64,000 nt of DNA, from positions 62,001-126,000 of the forward strand of contig RHPI01001259.1 of assembly GCA_009103225.1 (NCBI GenBank), given 5' to 3'. Every line of letters starts with the position of its first letter. Within the stretch, counting starts at the first letter, position 1. Positions 1-13,830 of the stretch are shown here, one piece after another. A program made the position numbers and the translations under genes. Source of the stretch: Chlorokybus atmophyticus (Eukaryota; Plantae; Mesostigma and Chlorokybus algae). The notes beneath the pieces are model-generated. The model was not told the DNA's origin. It did no database searches and worked only from the letters and a program-made list of their open reading frames with translations.

Positions 1-75
1 CAACTGTTTGGCACAGACATTTGTGATTGGGGGTGTAGAATTCGTCGCCACCCAGCTGACCAAAACCGTTTGTTA

Positions 76-1461
76 GTTGGCGGGACTTACAAGGGCGAAG
101 CACGGAGGTGGCACGGATGACGAGGCCAGCCCGTTCGAACTGCTGATATGCCTTGAACCCGAGGCAGCTTCCTTGTACTGCCAATGGTGTCGGGGATCTG
201 AAGTTGAGGAAAGGGGACCAGTATGTTGTGCTTGATGTGGGAGGGGGCACAATAGATGCGGTTGCACACAAAGTGAAGCGGGACGGCCGCATCAAGGAAT
301 TGGCCATGGGCATAGGGGAACGCTGTGGCGGTACTGATGTTGATGATGCTTTCATGCGCTTTGCCGCAGAACAGATTCCACCCATAAAGGTAATGTGCTT
401 ATCACATCTTGTATCTCAGCTAGAGCATTCAGCAAACAACTTGCCTTGCGTACAGGGCCTTGCATTGTCTGATCCAGAGGAGTACGCTTTGCTTATGCGC
501 AATTGGTTGATAACAAAACATGCGTTTGACGGCATTGAAGCCCCGCGCTCAGTCGATTTGCCTGCTTCAGTGGCTCTTGACTGGTTTGAGCTACTGAAAA
601 AGTCGGCTGATGAAAGCAGCTTGCAGAAACTCAAACGCAGCACGCGCGCCTTGAAGCTATCAACTGATGACATGGAGGAATGCTTCAGCGAGGTGATGTG
701 CAGCGTGTTCAGTTGCCTGGACAGCATGTTGGCAAGCGAGGCATTGCGCAACACAAACCCCCACATTCTGCTAGTGGGAGGGTTCGCCGAGTCGTTGTAC
801 CTGCGAGTGAGTGTTGTTTTCCATGCTTGTGCCTGCCTGCCTGGCGCAATCCATACTGACCTTTGGCTATGTATCTACATGCACGCACTGACACTCACCT
901 GTGCCCGCGCAGGAACAGATGGCCTTTGACAAGCGTGTTCACGTCCCGCTGCTTCCAGGTGTTGCCGTGGTTCATGGGGCAAGCTTGTATGCGCTCAACA
1001 CCTCCAAGATTGCTTGTCGATTTGCACGCCGGACATATGTGGCAAGCTGCGCCCGCGGCGTCAGGCTAGGTGATCCTGAAGAGTACAAATTCCACACCGA
1101 CTCAGGTTGGTTGTGCCGCCATGCATACACAGTCCTTGTGGAAAAGGGACAGCTCATTGAGCAGGACAAACCTGTTGTGAGCACTGGAAGCCCAGTAAGC
1201 AAGCAGCAGCGTGCCATCACAAAAAAGGTTTTTAGCACCGAGAGCGATCCGGACGATCTGCCCAAGTATACAACAGACAGTGCGTTTACACTGCTTGGAG
1301 AGTTTGTCATCCCGTGCCCTGACACTGCACTAGGCATTGATCGCGACATTGAAACTTCTTACTACTTTGGGCGCACGACAATAGAAGTGGAGGCCCGCCG
1401 CATCAACACAGTTGCGGATCTGGCAAGACAGGTCGCTGTGCAAACCTCAGCAGAACTCTGA
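76..1461 (+). pseudogene. HSPA12-like (atypical Hsp70, actin-fold) gene, 5' exons outside the window, with an apparent frameshift
   Basis: LLICLEPEAASLYC (frame 2, 140-181), VVLDVGGGTID, CGGTDVDDAF, LLVGGFAESLYL and PGVAVVHGA are HSPA12-family motifs. GT-AG introns lie at 390-455 and 807-912, and the stop is at 1459-1461. The frame changes from 2 to 3 between 182 and 195 with no intron. Confidence 0.75.
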
Positions 1462-3695
1462 CGCCACCTGCCATGCCCAAGCTTGTTGAGCTGGTCCAGT
1501 TCTCCATGCGATTGGTGGTGAAGCCATAGGCTGCACCTGCGCCGTCAGCCCAACTTACTTGTAAGCTGACTCCCCGTTAGTTACTGTTGTCTGTTAGGCT
1601 TCTAACTTTACATGATTGTTTGCTAATAAACTCTGATAGCCTTACACCTGACGAGGTTGGTATGGATGATTGCTAGCATGATGCTGTGAGGAAACGGGCA
1701 GAGGCATTGTGACAAGCAGGCTTGGCACAGAAAGCCTTCTTGCATTGCATTGCTGCTGACGGTTCATGCTGTTCTATGCAATCTGCACGATCACAACGAG
1801 ACATTCGACTGGAACGTTGTGCACAGTCAACAGTGTACTTGCTCACCTGCATGCACTCATGCTAGTCCGCATACGAGCAAGGCATTCAGTTGACCAGGTC
1901 CTGCTTGAGCCTACCTGCAATGCATGACATACCCAGAGAGGGTGTTATGACTATGACTGGGCAATCCCACACAGTCATATTCTCTTTGCAAAAGCAGTGC
2001 TGCTAACGTGCTCACGCCCATGTGAGAACAGCAGAGCACACCTTGTTCTCATCGTGAATGCGCATGAAGTCAGCTTTAAATCCAGCTCCTCCAGCTGTGC
2101 GAGGATGTGCCCGATCACTCTGCAGCACGGCACGCGCCTTCTCAACGGGCTGACGCGCCTTTCCCCCGCCGCCGCCCCCGCCAGCCGCAGCAGAGGGAAG
2201 CTGGTGTTAGCGACGAACTGATGCTCGCTTGCTCCCTTGTTTAGCGCGTGACAGCTGGACTGTAGGAGGCGATGGCGAGCGGTGGCTGGTGAAGCGGAGG
2301 CGCAGCTGTTGTTGATCTGTGTATATGTGTGTTTGCAATCGGCGGATCTTCAGCTGCAGCATGACACGACAGCATAGGAGAAGCGAAGTTGCTGCTTGCG
2401 GCTTCTTTGAGCTGCTTCTTAGCTCTCAGGCGTGCAGCTCTGTTGGGCAACGAGAACGCAACGAGAAGTGAGCATGCTGTCTGAGTACCGCATGACGAAC
2501 AATTGACTGGCCAAGTCCAGTCCATGGTGATTTGATACTTGCACGTAGGTTTAGGCATGTACTATGAGTGTCAATTTCAAGCAAGCGTCCATCATATTGG
2601 GGCAGCTTGCCAAGCGCTTTGTTTAGACTTGTTCACGCAAGCAACACTGCTTCCCCACATGTCTAGCCCTGCACATGGCCGCAACGAGCTCGAGTGTTTG
2701 TGTAATGTGGCTGCTGGCTGGTTTGCACTTTAGGTAAGCGAGTGAATTGTACTACATGAAAAGTACATGGATGCATTGAGCTCTTGGGCTGAGACTACAC
2801 CACTAACTATATCAGTATCACTCATTGTAGGTAGCATTTCCAGAGCAAGCAGTGATGTAGCCTGTGCACATGTGCTGCGCGCTTGGCGCAGCATTCAAAC
2901 AGCAGTGATGGGTCACTTGGCCAACACCTAGCAGGACCAGTATTGTTGTTCAGAGCTGCACATCAGATGGCTGCGGTAGATTACTTGTGAAAGCAGTCTT
3001 GTATGCCTGCAGGCACAAACAAGCTGTCTTCATGCGCGTGCGTGCATTGGCTGTATTCCTGTGTGTAAGCGCGCATGTGCCTGTGTGCACTGGGTTGTAC
3101 AAGCAAGGGCAGTACCTATGCCATGCTTGCATGAATGTGTGCGACACCACCCATAGGTAGTGTCGCACACGTTTTATCACGGAGAGACGCACACAAAACC
3201 AGCACAGCAACGCATGCTGCGCACACAACAGCATACAAAATCATCACAGCCAGGTTGTGTGCTCAGCATGCACTTCCAACCCCACAGTTGGCCAAGGTCA
3301 CAAGCATGGTTGCAATTGCAGTATGCCCCACTCCATGAGTCGCAGTAATCGCACTTTTACCGCAATAAGCTGGACAGCAAACCGACGCATCATATGCGAG
3401 TCATTCATACTCCCCATGTCATCGCGTTCAGGATGCAAAGTGAGCAGTGAGTGCCTGCAGGTGTGTGCAGAACGTGCTCACTACTTCAAACCAGATTGCT
3501 CTTCTGCCCAGCTGCCATAGCCTGAGACTGTATGCACAACGCAACACACCCACCACCATGGTGGCGACAAAACTGGGATGCTACAACTCGTTGGCCCTGT
3601 CAACATTATCTCTCCATCAGAGTAAGCACCTCTTGTGTAAAAAGAGCAGAGCAAATTTGTCTTCAAGCGTTAAACACTTGCTGTACATCATCATA

Positions 3696-5589
3696 TCACA
3701 AGAATGCTGTATCTGCACCGCGCATTCGTCGCTGCGCGCAAAAACCAACACCTGAGCCAGCTGTTTACTCTGTACTCACGCTGTTTGTCAACGCAGTCTC
3801 ACGCTTTATGCCACGCTGCACCATGACGCGGCATGGCAACACGTGGTTGTCGTTCAGCGACAACCCAAACATCGTCATTAGCACAACAACTTCATCATCA
3901 TCATCACGTGTACTCTGTGCAGCGCCAGCCACAGCCTTCATTCTCAACTTGTGGCCGTGTGTCTCTTGGCACAGAACGTCATTCTTGACAGGTCGGCCGG
4001 GTATGCGTCTGATGAGGGCGGGTGGGATAGGAAAGGCGTGCGCAATAAGGTGAAGCTTCCACATCTCCTGCTCCCATGCACTCACACGCATCTCACGCTG
4101 CAACATCCCGCCAAGCACTGTAGACAGGGCCTCAGACCTCTGGTAATCCTCTTGCACAAATAACTCCTGCACGTGAGAGAAACAGTTGTGAACTGTGTGA
4201 ATGCGCTGCTGTGTTTACATGAAGCACTTCCATTGTCAATCATTTGTGAGCATGCAAATTGCACACGTGCGTGTGCGCTCATGTGCATGCATGTGTGCGT
4301 TTGTGCGTGTATGTGTGCTGCTGTGCGCGCACATGTGTGTGTTCATGACTGTGTAATGCGTGAAAGCAATACCAACCTCTACTAGCAGGTTGCAGAGCTC
4401 CATTCTACAGGAGTAAACCCAGTCAGCATAGCATTTTGCGAGCGGAGGTGACGGATTGCCGTCCACGCCAAAAGCCGCGTAGTAATACTGCCGGAACCTG
4501 GCTGCGCGCTCGGCACGAGGCTCCAGAAAAGAGGCGCCCTTTGGGTTGAGGAACTCGCGCTCAAAGAACGCGGCGTACGCGTCCATGAGACATGCCTGCG
4601 CGAGAAACAATATACCGTGGCTTGGGTGCTACAGAGTTCTGAAGGTGTGATTGTAACAACGCGTAAAGCGTGCGTGCGCATACAACGAGAAGCCAAACTA
4701 TCTGAAACAGAGCAACACAAGCGCGCACGCGCACACATCCGCGCGCTTGCTTACATGTACCAAAATAAATAAAGCCGTCAGCACGCACACATATCAACCA
4801 ACATGCATTCTCACCTGCACCCACTGCTGCACCACCCAGTCTCTGTCACCGGCCAGACCGGCCAGGCGGTCGGGCATGAGGTCATCGCGCAGACCGTTGT
4901 CCACCATCCAGTCCGAGATCACCTGTCGACATGACAAGGTGTGTTTGTTGTACAGAACAAGCAGATACTCTTGCGTGTCTCACCTGTGAAGCTCTGCGTG
5001 CTTCAATCTCCGCAATGTGGTACTGATGGTCCAAATCGGCGTGCAGCATGGCTGCCATGCCTTTGCTTATTCCTTGCGAGCTGTGCGACAGGTTGTGTGC
5101 GTGGGTATGTCAGAAGCTACAGCTCACCTGAGGCTCATCCTGCTACACAATGGATGCAGATGCACACATGCACGCGCGTGCACATACAGGCGCATGCACA
5201 CCATGGCTTTCCGTGCACAGACAACCAGAGTGCACAATTGCTTGCACGCACGCGCACGCGCATTGATACCTGTAAGCCAGCAGCTGCATTTGGCGCTTGA
5301 GGGCGGCCTTCTCGTCCTTCTGCACAGCCCTCAGCCGCTGCTCCAGTCTCATCTGCTCCTCGAAAGCTCTGCGCTCAGACAGCACGTGCTCCTCAAACGC
5401 TCTGCGCTCCGATAGCAACTGCGCCTGCAGCGCCTCCACCTGCTCCTGCTGCTCCCGCACCTTCTCTTCCGAGCCATGGACCTCATCCGCATGCTTCTTC
5501 CCGTCCTCCTGCTTCTGCTTCTCCTTCTCCTCCTGCTGGCGCTGTTCGTGGCGCTCGTTTATGCGGCGCAAAGCTTGGTAGATCGCCAT
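3696..5589 (-). CDS. Uncharacterised multi-exon protein with an N-terminal Glu/Gln/Arg-rich coiled coil; upstream exons may exist
   Basis: In-frame exon chain with GT-AG sites: 5589-5270 (MAIYQALRRINERHEQ...), 5080-4983, ~4923-4851 (VISDWMVDNGLRDDLMPDRLAGL), ~4600-4385 (DAYAAFFEREFLNPKG...), ~4169-3786, and a putative last exon RRMRGADTAFL* ending at 3696. I recognise no family. Confidence 0.55.
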
Positions 5590-5912
5590 GCCTGGGGTGT
5601 AAGTACAAGCCTTGGGCTTCAACACTTGGGCTTCAACACGACGGACTGAGAGGCGTCGGCGTAGAGGTGGGTGTTGTTGTGCACACTGTGTTGGAGGTTA
5701 GCACTACTGCGAGCGGGCTGTTTGTGTGGCAGTCGTGGGGGGCCTTATCTGTTCCAGCTGGCGCCATGCGCCAAAGGGGTCTGGTGACAAGACAGCTTTG
5801 TCACAAGATACCTTTCTGGTGACAAGACACAAAGTTGCATGCTTTTCAGTCACACATGGGGTCTTGTCACGCACATAAGGATACAACCGGTTTGGTGGTG
5901 TGGGCATGCATG

Positions 5913-6290
<378 letters not shown>

Positions 6291-7688
6291 GTTGCTTCAT
6301 GCTACTGGGCTCTACTGGGCTATGGGATAAGCCCCATTAGGCTTTTATTGTTGAGCGGTATTACCGCTCAACTTCATAAGTTGAGGGGTGGGCCACAAAA
6401 GCAAAGGACAAAGCATAGAAGCAACACAGCAGGCAACACAACTCAGCATAGACGCAAACAAACCATACACCCAACGCCAGCAATGCTACTCAAACTAGGG
6501 GGGCCGGTTGGTATGTGCAAGCACTGGCTGGCAGGCAGGGGGCAGCAAGGCAGCGCTTGAATGTATGCAACAAGTAACGTGCAACCCTAGCTTGCGCATT
6601 TGAACACAATTACGCACTCTTACAAATGCATCTCTTGTGCACGAGGGAGTGAGGTAACAACCGAGGCGAGAGAGAGACGAGGGACCGAGGTAAAGAGGGG
6701 TTTAAAAGAAGCCCAGCTAGGCTGATATGACTACCGACAACTTTTACTCCAACGTCAAACAATCAACATAACTTGACATGATGTGTCTAGGTGTCTAGTG
6801 TTGGTGCACTTAGCGTGTGGTAGTTAAGCGCTGCACTGTGCCCCCCCAGATCTGTGTTGGTTGCGTCCAATCATATTGCAATTTGCTTGCGCTTGGCTTG
6901 GCACACACACAGTTCTCAATACTTTATGCTTTATGTAGAGCAATCTTATCTTAGTTAACTTGAATACATTACACCCCAAAGTCGGCACTCCATGAACCAG
7001 TGTGGATTCTGAGTTAGCAATGACATGTGCGACCAGCATGTGCATACCATATCAGTGTCAAACTCAACACTGGCATACAGTACATGGAGTCCTTGAACCA
7101 AGGAGTACTAGAACCCCAGAGCAAGGATGCAAAACTGCCATCTAACATGTCAGGGACGCCCAACACAATGTTTACATGCGAAGCTCAGTGGATGCTAACA
7201 GCAGAAATCTAACAGTCTAGTTCATTGCATGCCTACATTGGAGTGGTGACTTGCAAACGGCAGACAACCATCTGTTAGGTTACAGGTAACAGCAAACCAA
7301 ACAGCCAAGTACCATGTGCATAGCACTGCCTGCATACACCAGCAGCTTGGCAGAACTGCGCATGTGATCCGCAGAAACCAAACGGCACTAGACATGCACA
7401 GCATGTACAAAAAATGGGAGATCGCACGCAAACGCTGTGAAGTGTTCTGCGTCATGTGCTGATGAACAAACATGCAGTAGCGTCGCACTGGTTGCTGCGA
7501 TGACGCCCATGACAGCTGATACCCATTGTACTGTGAAACATACGAGATGAGTTTCCAACCTTCACGCAGTCAATAGCATTGATGCTTATGCAAGCTGTGC
7601 CACACAAGCAACCGCACGCGTGTTGAAGAGAGAGATCCACAATTGTACAGCCATATGATTGTCAACTTGCCTTCATGCAACACAATAT

Positions 7689-8590
7689 CTATGACTTGCT
7701 GGCCTTCTTGAGCTTGGTCAGCTCCCGCTTCACGATAGCACCCCGCTGCACAAAGGATAGCGGGTTCAGCAACAAGAACCAAACAGACTAAATAACATAA
7801 TAATGTGCAATCAACCACTAAGACACCGTCTCAAACTTGCATGTAAATCAGACCTACAAATACAACAGCATGCTGCGCACACGCTCACTGGCCGATTGGC
7901 AACGCTGCATGACTGTTAATTGCTGAAAACAATGAAGCACATGAGAACGCATTATCGTTTCTATTTCTGTAACACGAACCTTGATGCGTGCGACCATGAT
8001 CTTAAATCGGTCGAAGTCTGTGAGTGACGCGCGTGTCTTCTGAACTGTAAGCTTGCGTCCCCAGCGCGATGCGGCCCACTTCTCCGCCACCTGTGCCTCG
8101 GCGAGAGCGTCCGCGAGGACCTTGTTCTTGGGCATGCGGGGCACCTCCACCTTGAAGTCCGTCAGGGAGAGGCGCTTGAGGTTCTCCTGGTGGCGGACGC
8201 TGCCGGGGGCGTCCACAAGCACCCGCGAAGCGTCAAGCACGTCCACGATCGTCACGAGCTTACCGTAATCAGGCCCATAGTTTACCAGAGCCACCCGTCC
8301 TATCTCAACATACCTCCTGAACGGCTGTGGCCGTCGCAATACAACAACAATCAGCAAACGATCGACACCTCACACAAATTGCTACTCTCCAACACGACCA
8401 TTTGTGTGGGTGTGTAGCGGACAAGCGTTGAACATACAATTACGACCAATGCTGCTGAATCAAGCGGCAAGCACAACCCTAAGACACTGCAGATCCGAGC
8501 AAGACAGGGATGCTAGCTACCACAATGCCCCAGCTGCGGGGAACAATCACGTGGTTTCCAACAGCACACATACACGCAGGATCTCACCAT
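7689..8590 (-). CDS. RPL14: 60S ribosomal protein L14 (eL14), 3 coding exons
   Basis: Exon 8324-7980 encodes [31 protein letters not shown]...[34 protein letters not shown]. The last exon, 7745-7689, encodes [18 protein letters not shown]. The first exon is ATG only, best placed at 8590-8588 followed by a GTGAG donor (a weaker alternative is ATG|GTCGTG at 8401). Confidence 0.95.
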
Positions 8591-8818
8591 TGTGATCAGA
8601 GGCCTCCCGCCGCCGCCGCCGCCGTGGACGCCCCCGCCAAAGAGGGCACACTGGAGGCCGCCGCAGCGTCTTTGCCGGTCTTACAATCGCCTGTTTGAAA
8701 ACTCGTAGTCCTTGCACTCGTTCCTTACTACAGGCGTTTGGCAGGCTCACAAGCGCCTGTGTTAATGCCGGCAGTCTGGCTGCACAGAATGCGCTTGTAA
8801 GACCCGCTACGTTCGCTG

Positions 8819-8827
8819 AAACCCTAA
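8819..8827 (+). promoter_or_regulatory. Telo-box AAACCCTAA upstream of RPL14
   Basis: Exact motif about 230 bp upstream of the RPL14 ATG. Telo-boxes are established elements of plant ribosomal-protein promoters. Confidence 0.55.
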
Positions 8828-9575
8828 AATGCGGCTTCGCCACGTGAGAAGCGACTCAGCTTCCGCATTGTAGCAAACGTTGACTTCGCTTACAGAGGCT
8901 GCCAATGTCGCTAGCAACTTGGCAGCGTTGGGAACGCCGCATTTCGCTGTCTGCACATGTGTATGTGTCTTGAAGTGGGTAGATAGATCTGGATAGACAG
9001 TCTCTGTCTTGGCGGGTACAACTGTACGCCGCCGGGTTGGCCAGTTGTTAGCCCAAACCACGCAGTTCTGTCCTTCTTTGGCTGGGTTTTGTGGTGGTAT
9101 GCATTGCACTGATGACACTCAATGAGGCTAACATGCCCTTGTCATGCCCTAGCGGACTGGACCAGCACTCTTCTTTGTCCACAATTGCATGCATCAAGCA
9201 ACATCCCACATGCAACATCGTCCATCTGCAGTCGCTGGCGGCACGTCTGTTGTCGTCAGCCACAACCCATGCATTATGCCTCATGCCACACTGCATTTTA
9301 TGTGGCTTTGGGTGTTGCTGTGATGTGTAATATGTGTCAGCTGCAGCAATGTGCCGCTGTGCCGTTACACATGCTGAAAATACACCCACACAACCACATC
9401 TGCTGGCGCTCTGACCGCACTTGCCGTTGTCATCCCACCACAGATGGACAACTCCAGCATGCGGCTGCACGATTTACAGTTCATTACAAGCGCAACCAGC
9501 ATCTAACCCAACATTGACCAATGTACATACATGAATAGACACAGCACCCACAAGCAGATGCACGCGCAATCTGCG

Positions 9576-12336
9576 TCACGTTCTTGTCGGAGACAACCGC
9601 TGCTGGCGTACAAACTCCAGAATCCGCTGCGCTTCACGCCTGCCGCTGAGGAGCGCCCCGTGCGTGGTTGAGTAGAAGCGCGGGTGGGTGGCTTCACCGG
9701 CGAAGCACACGCGCGGAGTTTTGTGGGTATCATCTGCCGTCAACGGGGCTGCCAGCTCCACCTGGTCTTGTGGGGTTGCACCTACCGGGATGAAGCTATA
9801 TGACCCTCGGAATAGTGGGTCTTTGCCCCACGTCGTGCGCATCACCCGAGACCCGTCTGTGGTGTCGCCATCATTGCCGTTTGCCAACCCACTGAAACAC
9901 TCTGTCATCACCGTTTGCATGCCGGCCAGCACCTGTGACACAATAAACGCGCGCTTATGCAGACATAGAGTTTGAGAGGGTACATCATATGTAAAAGAGT
10001 TGCATGCATGGGGCATCCGCCGACACACATGCACACAGGCACATGTGCGCATGTGTGCCGGAAAGTGCATCAGCCAACATGCATATGCGCAGCAACAAAA
10101 CACATGTGCACATGATGTTGTGTATGCATCGTGCATGCTGCATGCCACTGACCTGTGCATCTGACATCTCTTCCAACTCGCGCGCAGCATTGCCGGAAAT
10201 CCACCCGCCAAGCAGGCGATCAGACTTTGCTTCAAACCCCGGCATGCGTTTGACCCATTCCGGCACATCAACACCATCATTATGAACATCATCTCCTCCA
10301 GCACGGGGCCACAGCACAGTGACAAAGTGCCCCTCCGCTTCATCCTCGCTCAATACGGGCCGCTCATAAAGCACAAACACCTTGTCAACCACGCCAAAAC
10401 CGAGCCGTTGGATAGCGCATTGCTTAGCTTTGGAAAGAGGCGGCTTAAACTCTATCGCGCCGGATTTCAACACGCCTAATGAGACTGTCATAATGACAAA
10501 GTCTGCTCGCAGAGTCTCACCGCTGGTTAACTGTACATTAACATAATTTTCGTCACTGAGCCAATCAATGGAGGCAACCTGTGCGTTGAAACGGATGCTC
10601 TCGGCAGGTACGCATGTTTTCAAAGCCTCTGTGATGGCGGAGAAGCCAGCGGGGATCGTGAGGTTGTAATCATCAAGCTCCTCGTACGTGCCATACCTGG
10701 TTGGTGTTTAATCAAATAGAGTGTGAAGTGTTGTGTTTGTTGCAAACAAGTCTACCCCCGCACACAAATTTGCAATGGTTTACCACTTGAGGCTGAGTTC
10801 AGACAGGCTGTCTGCGCCGGTGATGTTGCATTCCAAGTTGACACGCCAATCGAACACAGCCTTCTCCAAGTCTGCCTGTTACACGCGACTGAGACTAACA
10901 ACTCTGCAACAACAATAACAACAGCAATATATAGGCACAACATGCACACCTCTTGCCCGGTGTAAGCAGGCCGCCATCGCTCCCTGATATAGTCCATGAC
11001 GCTTTGAGTCTCATCAGTGATGTCTTGACCGCTCTTTTGTTTGCTGGCGTTGTACACAGCTTTGCTTTCTTCAATGAGAGTGTTGATGCGTTCTGCTGTG
11101 GACTCAACCACTCTGACGGAGTCTCCAGCCAGCGGGCCCTTTGTCCCGTGCGAATGCCACTGCCTAATATCGTGATGGAAGGCGTCGGGCGGATCCTCTG
11201 GCAGAAGCTTGTGCCTACGGATTGTGTAAAAACCATGATTGTGTGCTGGGCACGCACACACAGGAATGAGCGCATGCTGGCATACACGCACGCGCACGCA
11301 CATGCATGCATACACTTGCTGTACTTGTTGCACGCCCACCCACATACAACTGCGCGTACACATATACACACGCGCATCGGCGCAAACCACCCACCCTTGA
11401 ATGACACTGCATGCTACTTACTTCACGGCGAGGTCAAAGACGGGGTTGCCAACCTTGCCATGAATCCATGTGGCGCCGCGCTCGCAGACGGTGTTGTTGG
11501 GGCCAAGTCGAGCGGTGTTGACGCGGCCACCAGCGCGCTCGGACGCCTCCAGCACGAGCACGTCCACCAAGTCGTTGGCACTGCTCAACTCCCCCGCGGC
11601 CGCCAACCCTGTCATGCATGTGTGTGCGTGTGCCTGCTCATGCGGCTGGTATGTGCACTAAACACACAAACTGTATATATGTGCACGTACATATACACAG
11701 TATGTCTGTATGACGATGTGTGACGCATGTTGTTCTTTCATGAGTGGAGAATCAACTTACCAGCGAAGCCGGCGCCCACAACAATCACGCGTGGGCGGTT
11801 GTGCAATGAGGAGGATCCTGCTGCTTGATGCTGATCTGTTGCAGTTGCCATAGTCACGGCGTGCGATCGTCTGCAACAATAGCATGCAAAAGGTTATGAG
11901 TTACTTACAAGCACACGCTCCACACACACGCAGAGTTTGTGAGAACTTCAGCATGGCGGGTGCATGGTTGTGGCTAAATATGCAAGCAGAAGATGCTACT
12001 CTGTGTGCTCTGACATGCACATACAGCTGCTCCACTGGCATGCTGCTCGCATAGGTCTAATAAGGACAGTCAATTACCGTGTAAGAGGAGATGGTCGCAA
12101 AACACGCTCAACTCAGCACAACCAACACATAGCATGCATGGACAGAGACACACGCATGCACACCTGCTTGACGCAGGAGGAAACTGTCGTTGCAGCTCAG
12201 GCGCATGCGGCGGAGGAGGCTTCCAGCTGCGCAGCTGCCAGGTGCTGCGCAGAAGCACACGGGCGCACAGGAAGCTGCCTGCGAGGCGCACAGCCCTGCC
12301 ACCGCCGCCGCCGCCGTAGGCCAAGCAAGCTGCCAT
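9576..12336 (-). CDS. FAD-dependent polyamine oxidase (PAO5/spermine-oxidase-like), multi-exon
   Basis: FAD motif RVIVVGAGFA|GLAAAGEL...VLEASERAGGRV, ERGATWIHG, ADFVIMTVSLGVLK and GFGVVDKVF, plus C-terminal WGKDPLFRGSYSF and FAGEATHPRFYSTTHGALLSGRREAQRI. The stop is at 9576. An in-frame upstream exon (12336-12164) splices to 11870; an internal ATG lies at 11851. Confidence 0.9.
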
Positions 12337-13744
12337 CACACACCAGCCTGCGTTCTCACGCTGTTGTCCACTTCAGCTGCTTGCTCCGGACGGGCGAGGT
12401 GGAGGTGGAGGTGGTGGCTTATTTTGTCGTTGTTGTCATTGAGGTAGGTGACCATCACCGGCTGCAATATATACCTAGGCGTGCAGGTTCAGCTGCGACA
12501 GTTGTTCATTGCAGGTTGATGCACACTCTATGTCTCATGCTCATGCTTGAGCTTATTCTGCGCGTATTTGACGTGCTATACAACGCCCCTCTCTCCTTGC
12601 AACGTTGCGCATGACTCTGCGCTGTGCATACCAGCTTGTTGTACTTATTTTGGCAGACAGTCCGTCTGGCATAGCATGTAAATGAGATGCTGTGCGGTTG
12701 CTGCCTTGTTGTTTGTACTGTGCACCAGTGGCATCCTTCATTCACTCTCAAGCAAGTGCTTACTTAGCTCCATGATTGCTTTTGGTTCAGCAGCTGTTGT
12801 GAGACTTGCGAGACTTGCGACACTGTTGTCCAATTGCTGCCTTGTGCGCAATTGCGGGTCAAGGCTGTTGCACAGCACAAAGGTTGCCACTTGAGTACAA
12901 GTCTTTTGCTTCCCATTATACGGCTTGTGTCGTGTGTAGCTTCGCCTCACACGACTGGCATGTTGGACACGACTGTTGTGGCCAAGTGGCCTGTACAGGG
13001 CAGTTGTTGCTGTTGATGACCTGCTGCAGCACAGGTCTATGTATAAAGCGCCAAGGTTCAGGTGGTGAAACTCATGCGGGGTTACTGGATGGGCATGGTG
13101 AACTTGCTTTCAAATATTGTTTTATGTTCAGTTCCTTCAACAGTACGTTGTATAGGGTGTATCTGGTGGTGGCAAAACTGACATTTCAGTTGACGATGTG
13201 AAAGAGGATGCACTTTGTAGTTACCCAGTAAATAGGCAAGCACAGTAGCAAGCAAGCATGCATACACATCCTTACAACATTGGCCGAGGATGTAGGTCAA
13301 CACCTCAAGTAACACCCACTACTGTATATGTAGAAAAGCATGCAACCTTGTACCCCAAGTTGGTTGGTTGAGCCATTGCTACTTGCTGCCAAATGCACCG
13401 GTAGAATGGCCCCTCAACAGTTCGGCCTTGCCCTCAACTTAAATGGAGAAGTAGCTATAATTCAATTAGGGATCCGCATATGAGCAAGGCATCGGATTTT
13501 GCATTTTTTCCTGCTGCAGCCACAACTTAGTTTGGTATCTAGCTGCCATTAAAGTTAAGTAGTTGGTGTGCATCAAGTTCCGTGTCTGTCTTTTCTTCAA
13601 CTTTATAGTGTCCACCTCCTGTACTATTTTTTGGGTAGATCATGTATTAAGGGGATAAAACTTAATGCGTAATCTAACCCAAAATGTTATGGCCGCAGTT
13701 CGCGGCAAAAACCCACAGAGTCGCTACGCAGCGGGATTCGCAAC

Positions 13745-13830
13745 TTTGTCGTCGGGTTCGAACCTACGAACTTGTCGGGATGGAGATTAACGACCTACTA
13801 CCTACATACTGACCGACTAGACCACGATGA
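13745..13830 (-). mobile_element. tRNA-derived (SINE-like) head with Pol III A and B boxes
   Basis: The minus strand has A-box TGGTCTAGTCGG (13824-13813) and B-box GGTTCGAACCC (13764-13754). No acceptor stem forms, so it is not a functional tRNA. Confidence 0.4.

Noticed and set aside
8450-8850. Possible small spliced plus-strand gene divergent from RPL14
   Set aside because: It would overlap the RPL14 first intron, 5' UTR and promoter, and has no homology support.
8790-8950. Telomerase-RNA-like idea: AAACCCTAAA flanked by short complementary segments
   Set aside because: No USE/TATA promoter or terminator is visible and the stems are short. The position upstream of RPL14 is fully explained as a telo-box.
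12380-12950. Plus-strand splice-like signals and hydrophobic ORF pieces upstream of the polyamine oxidase
   Set aside because: I could not assemble a coherent reading frame or family match.
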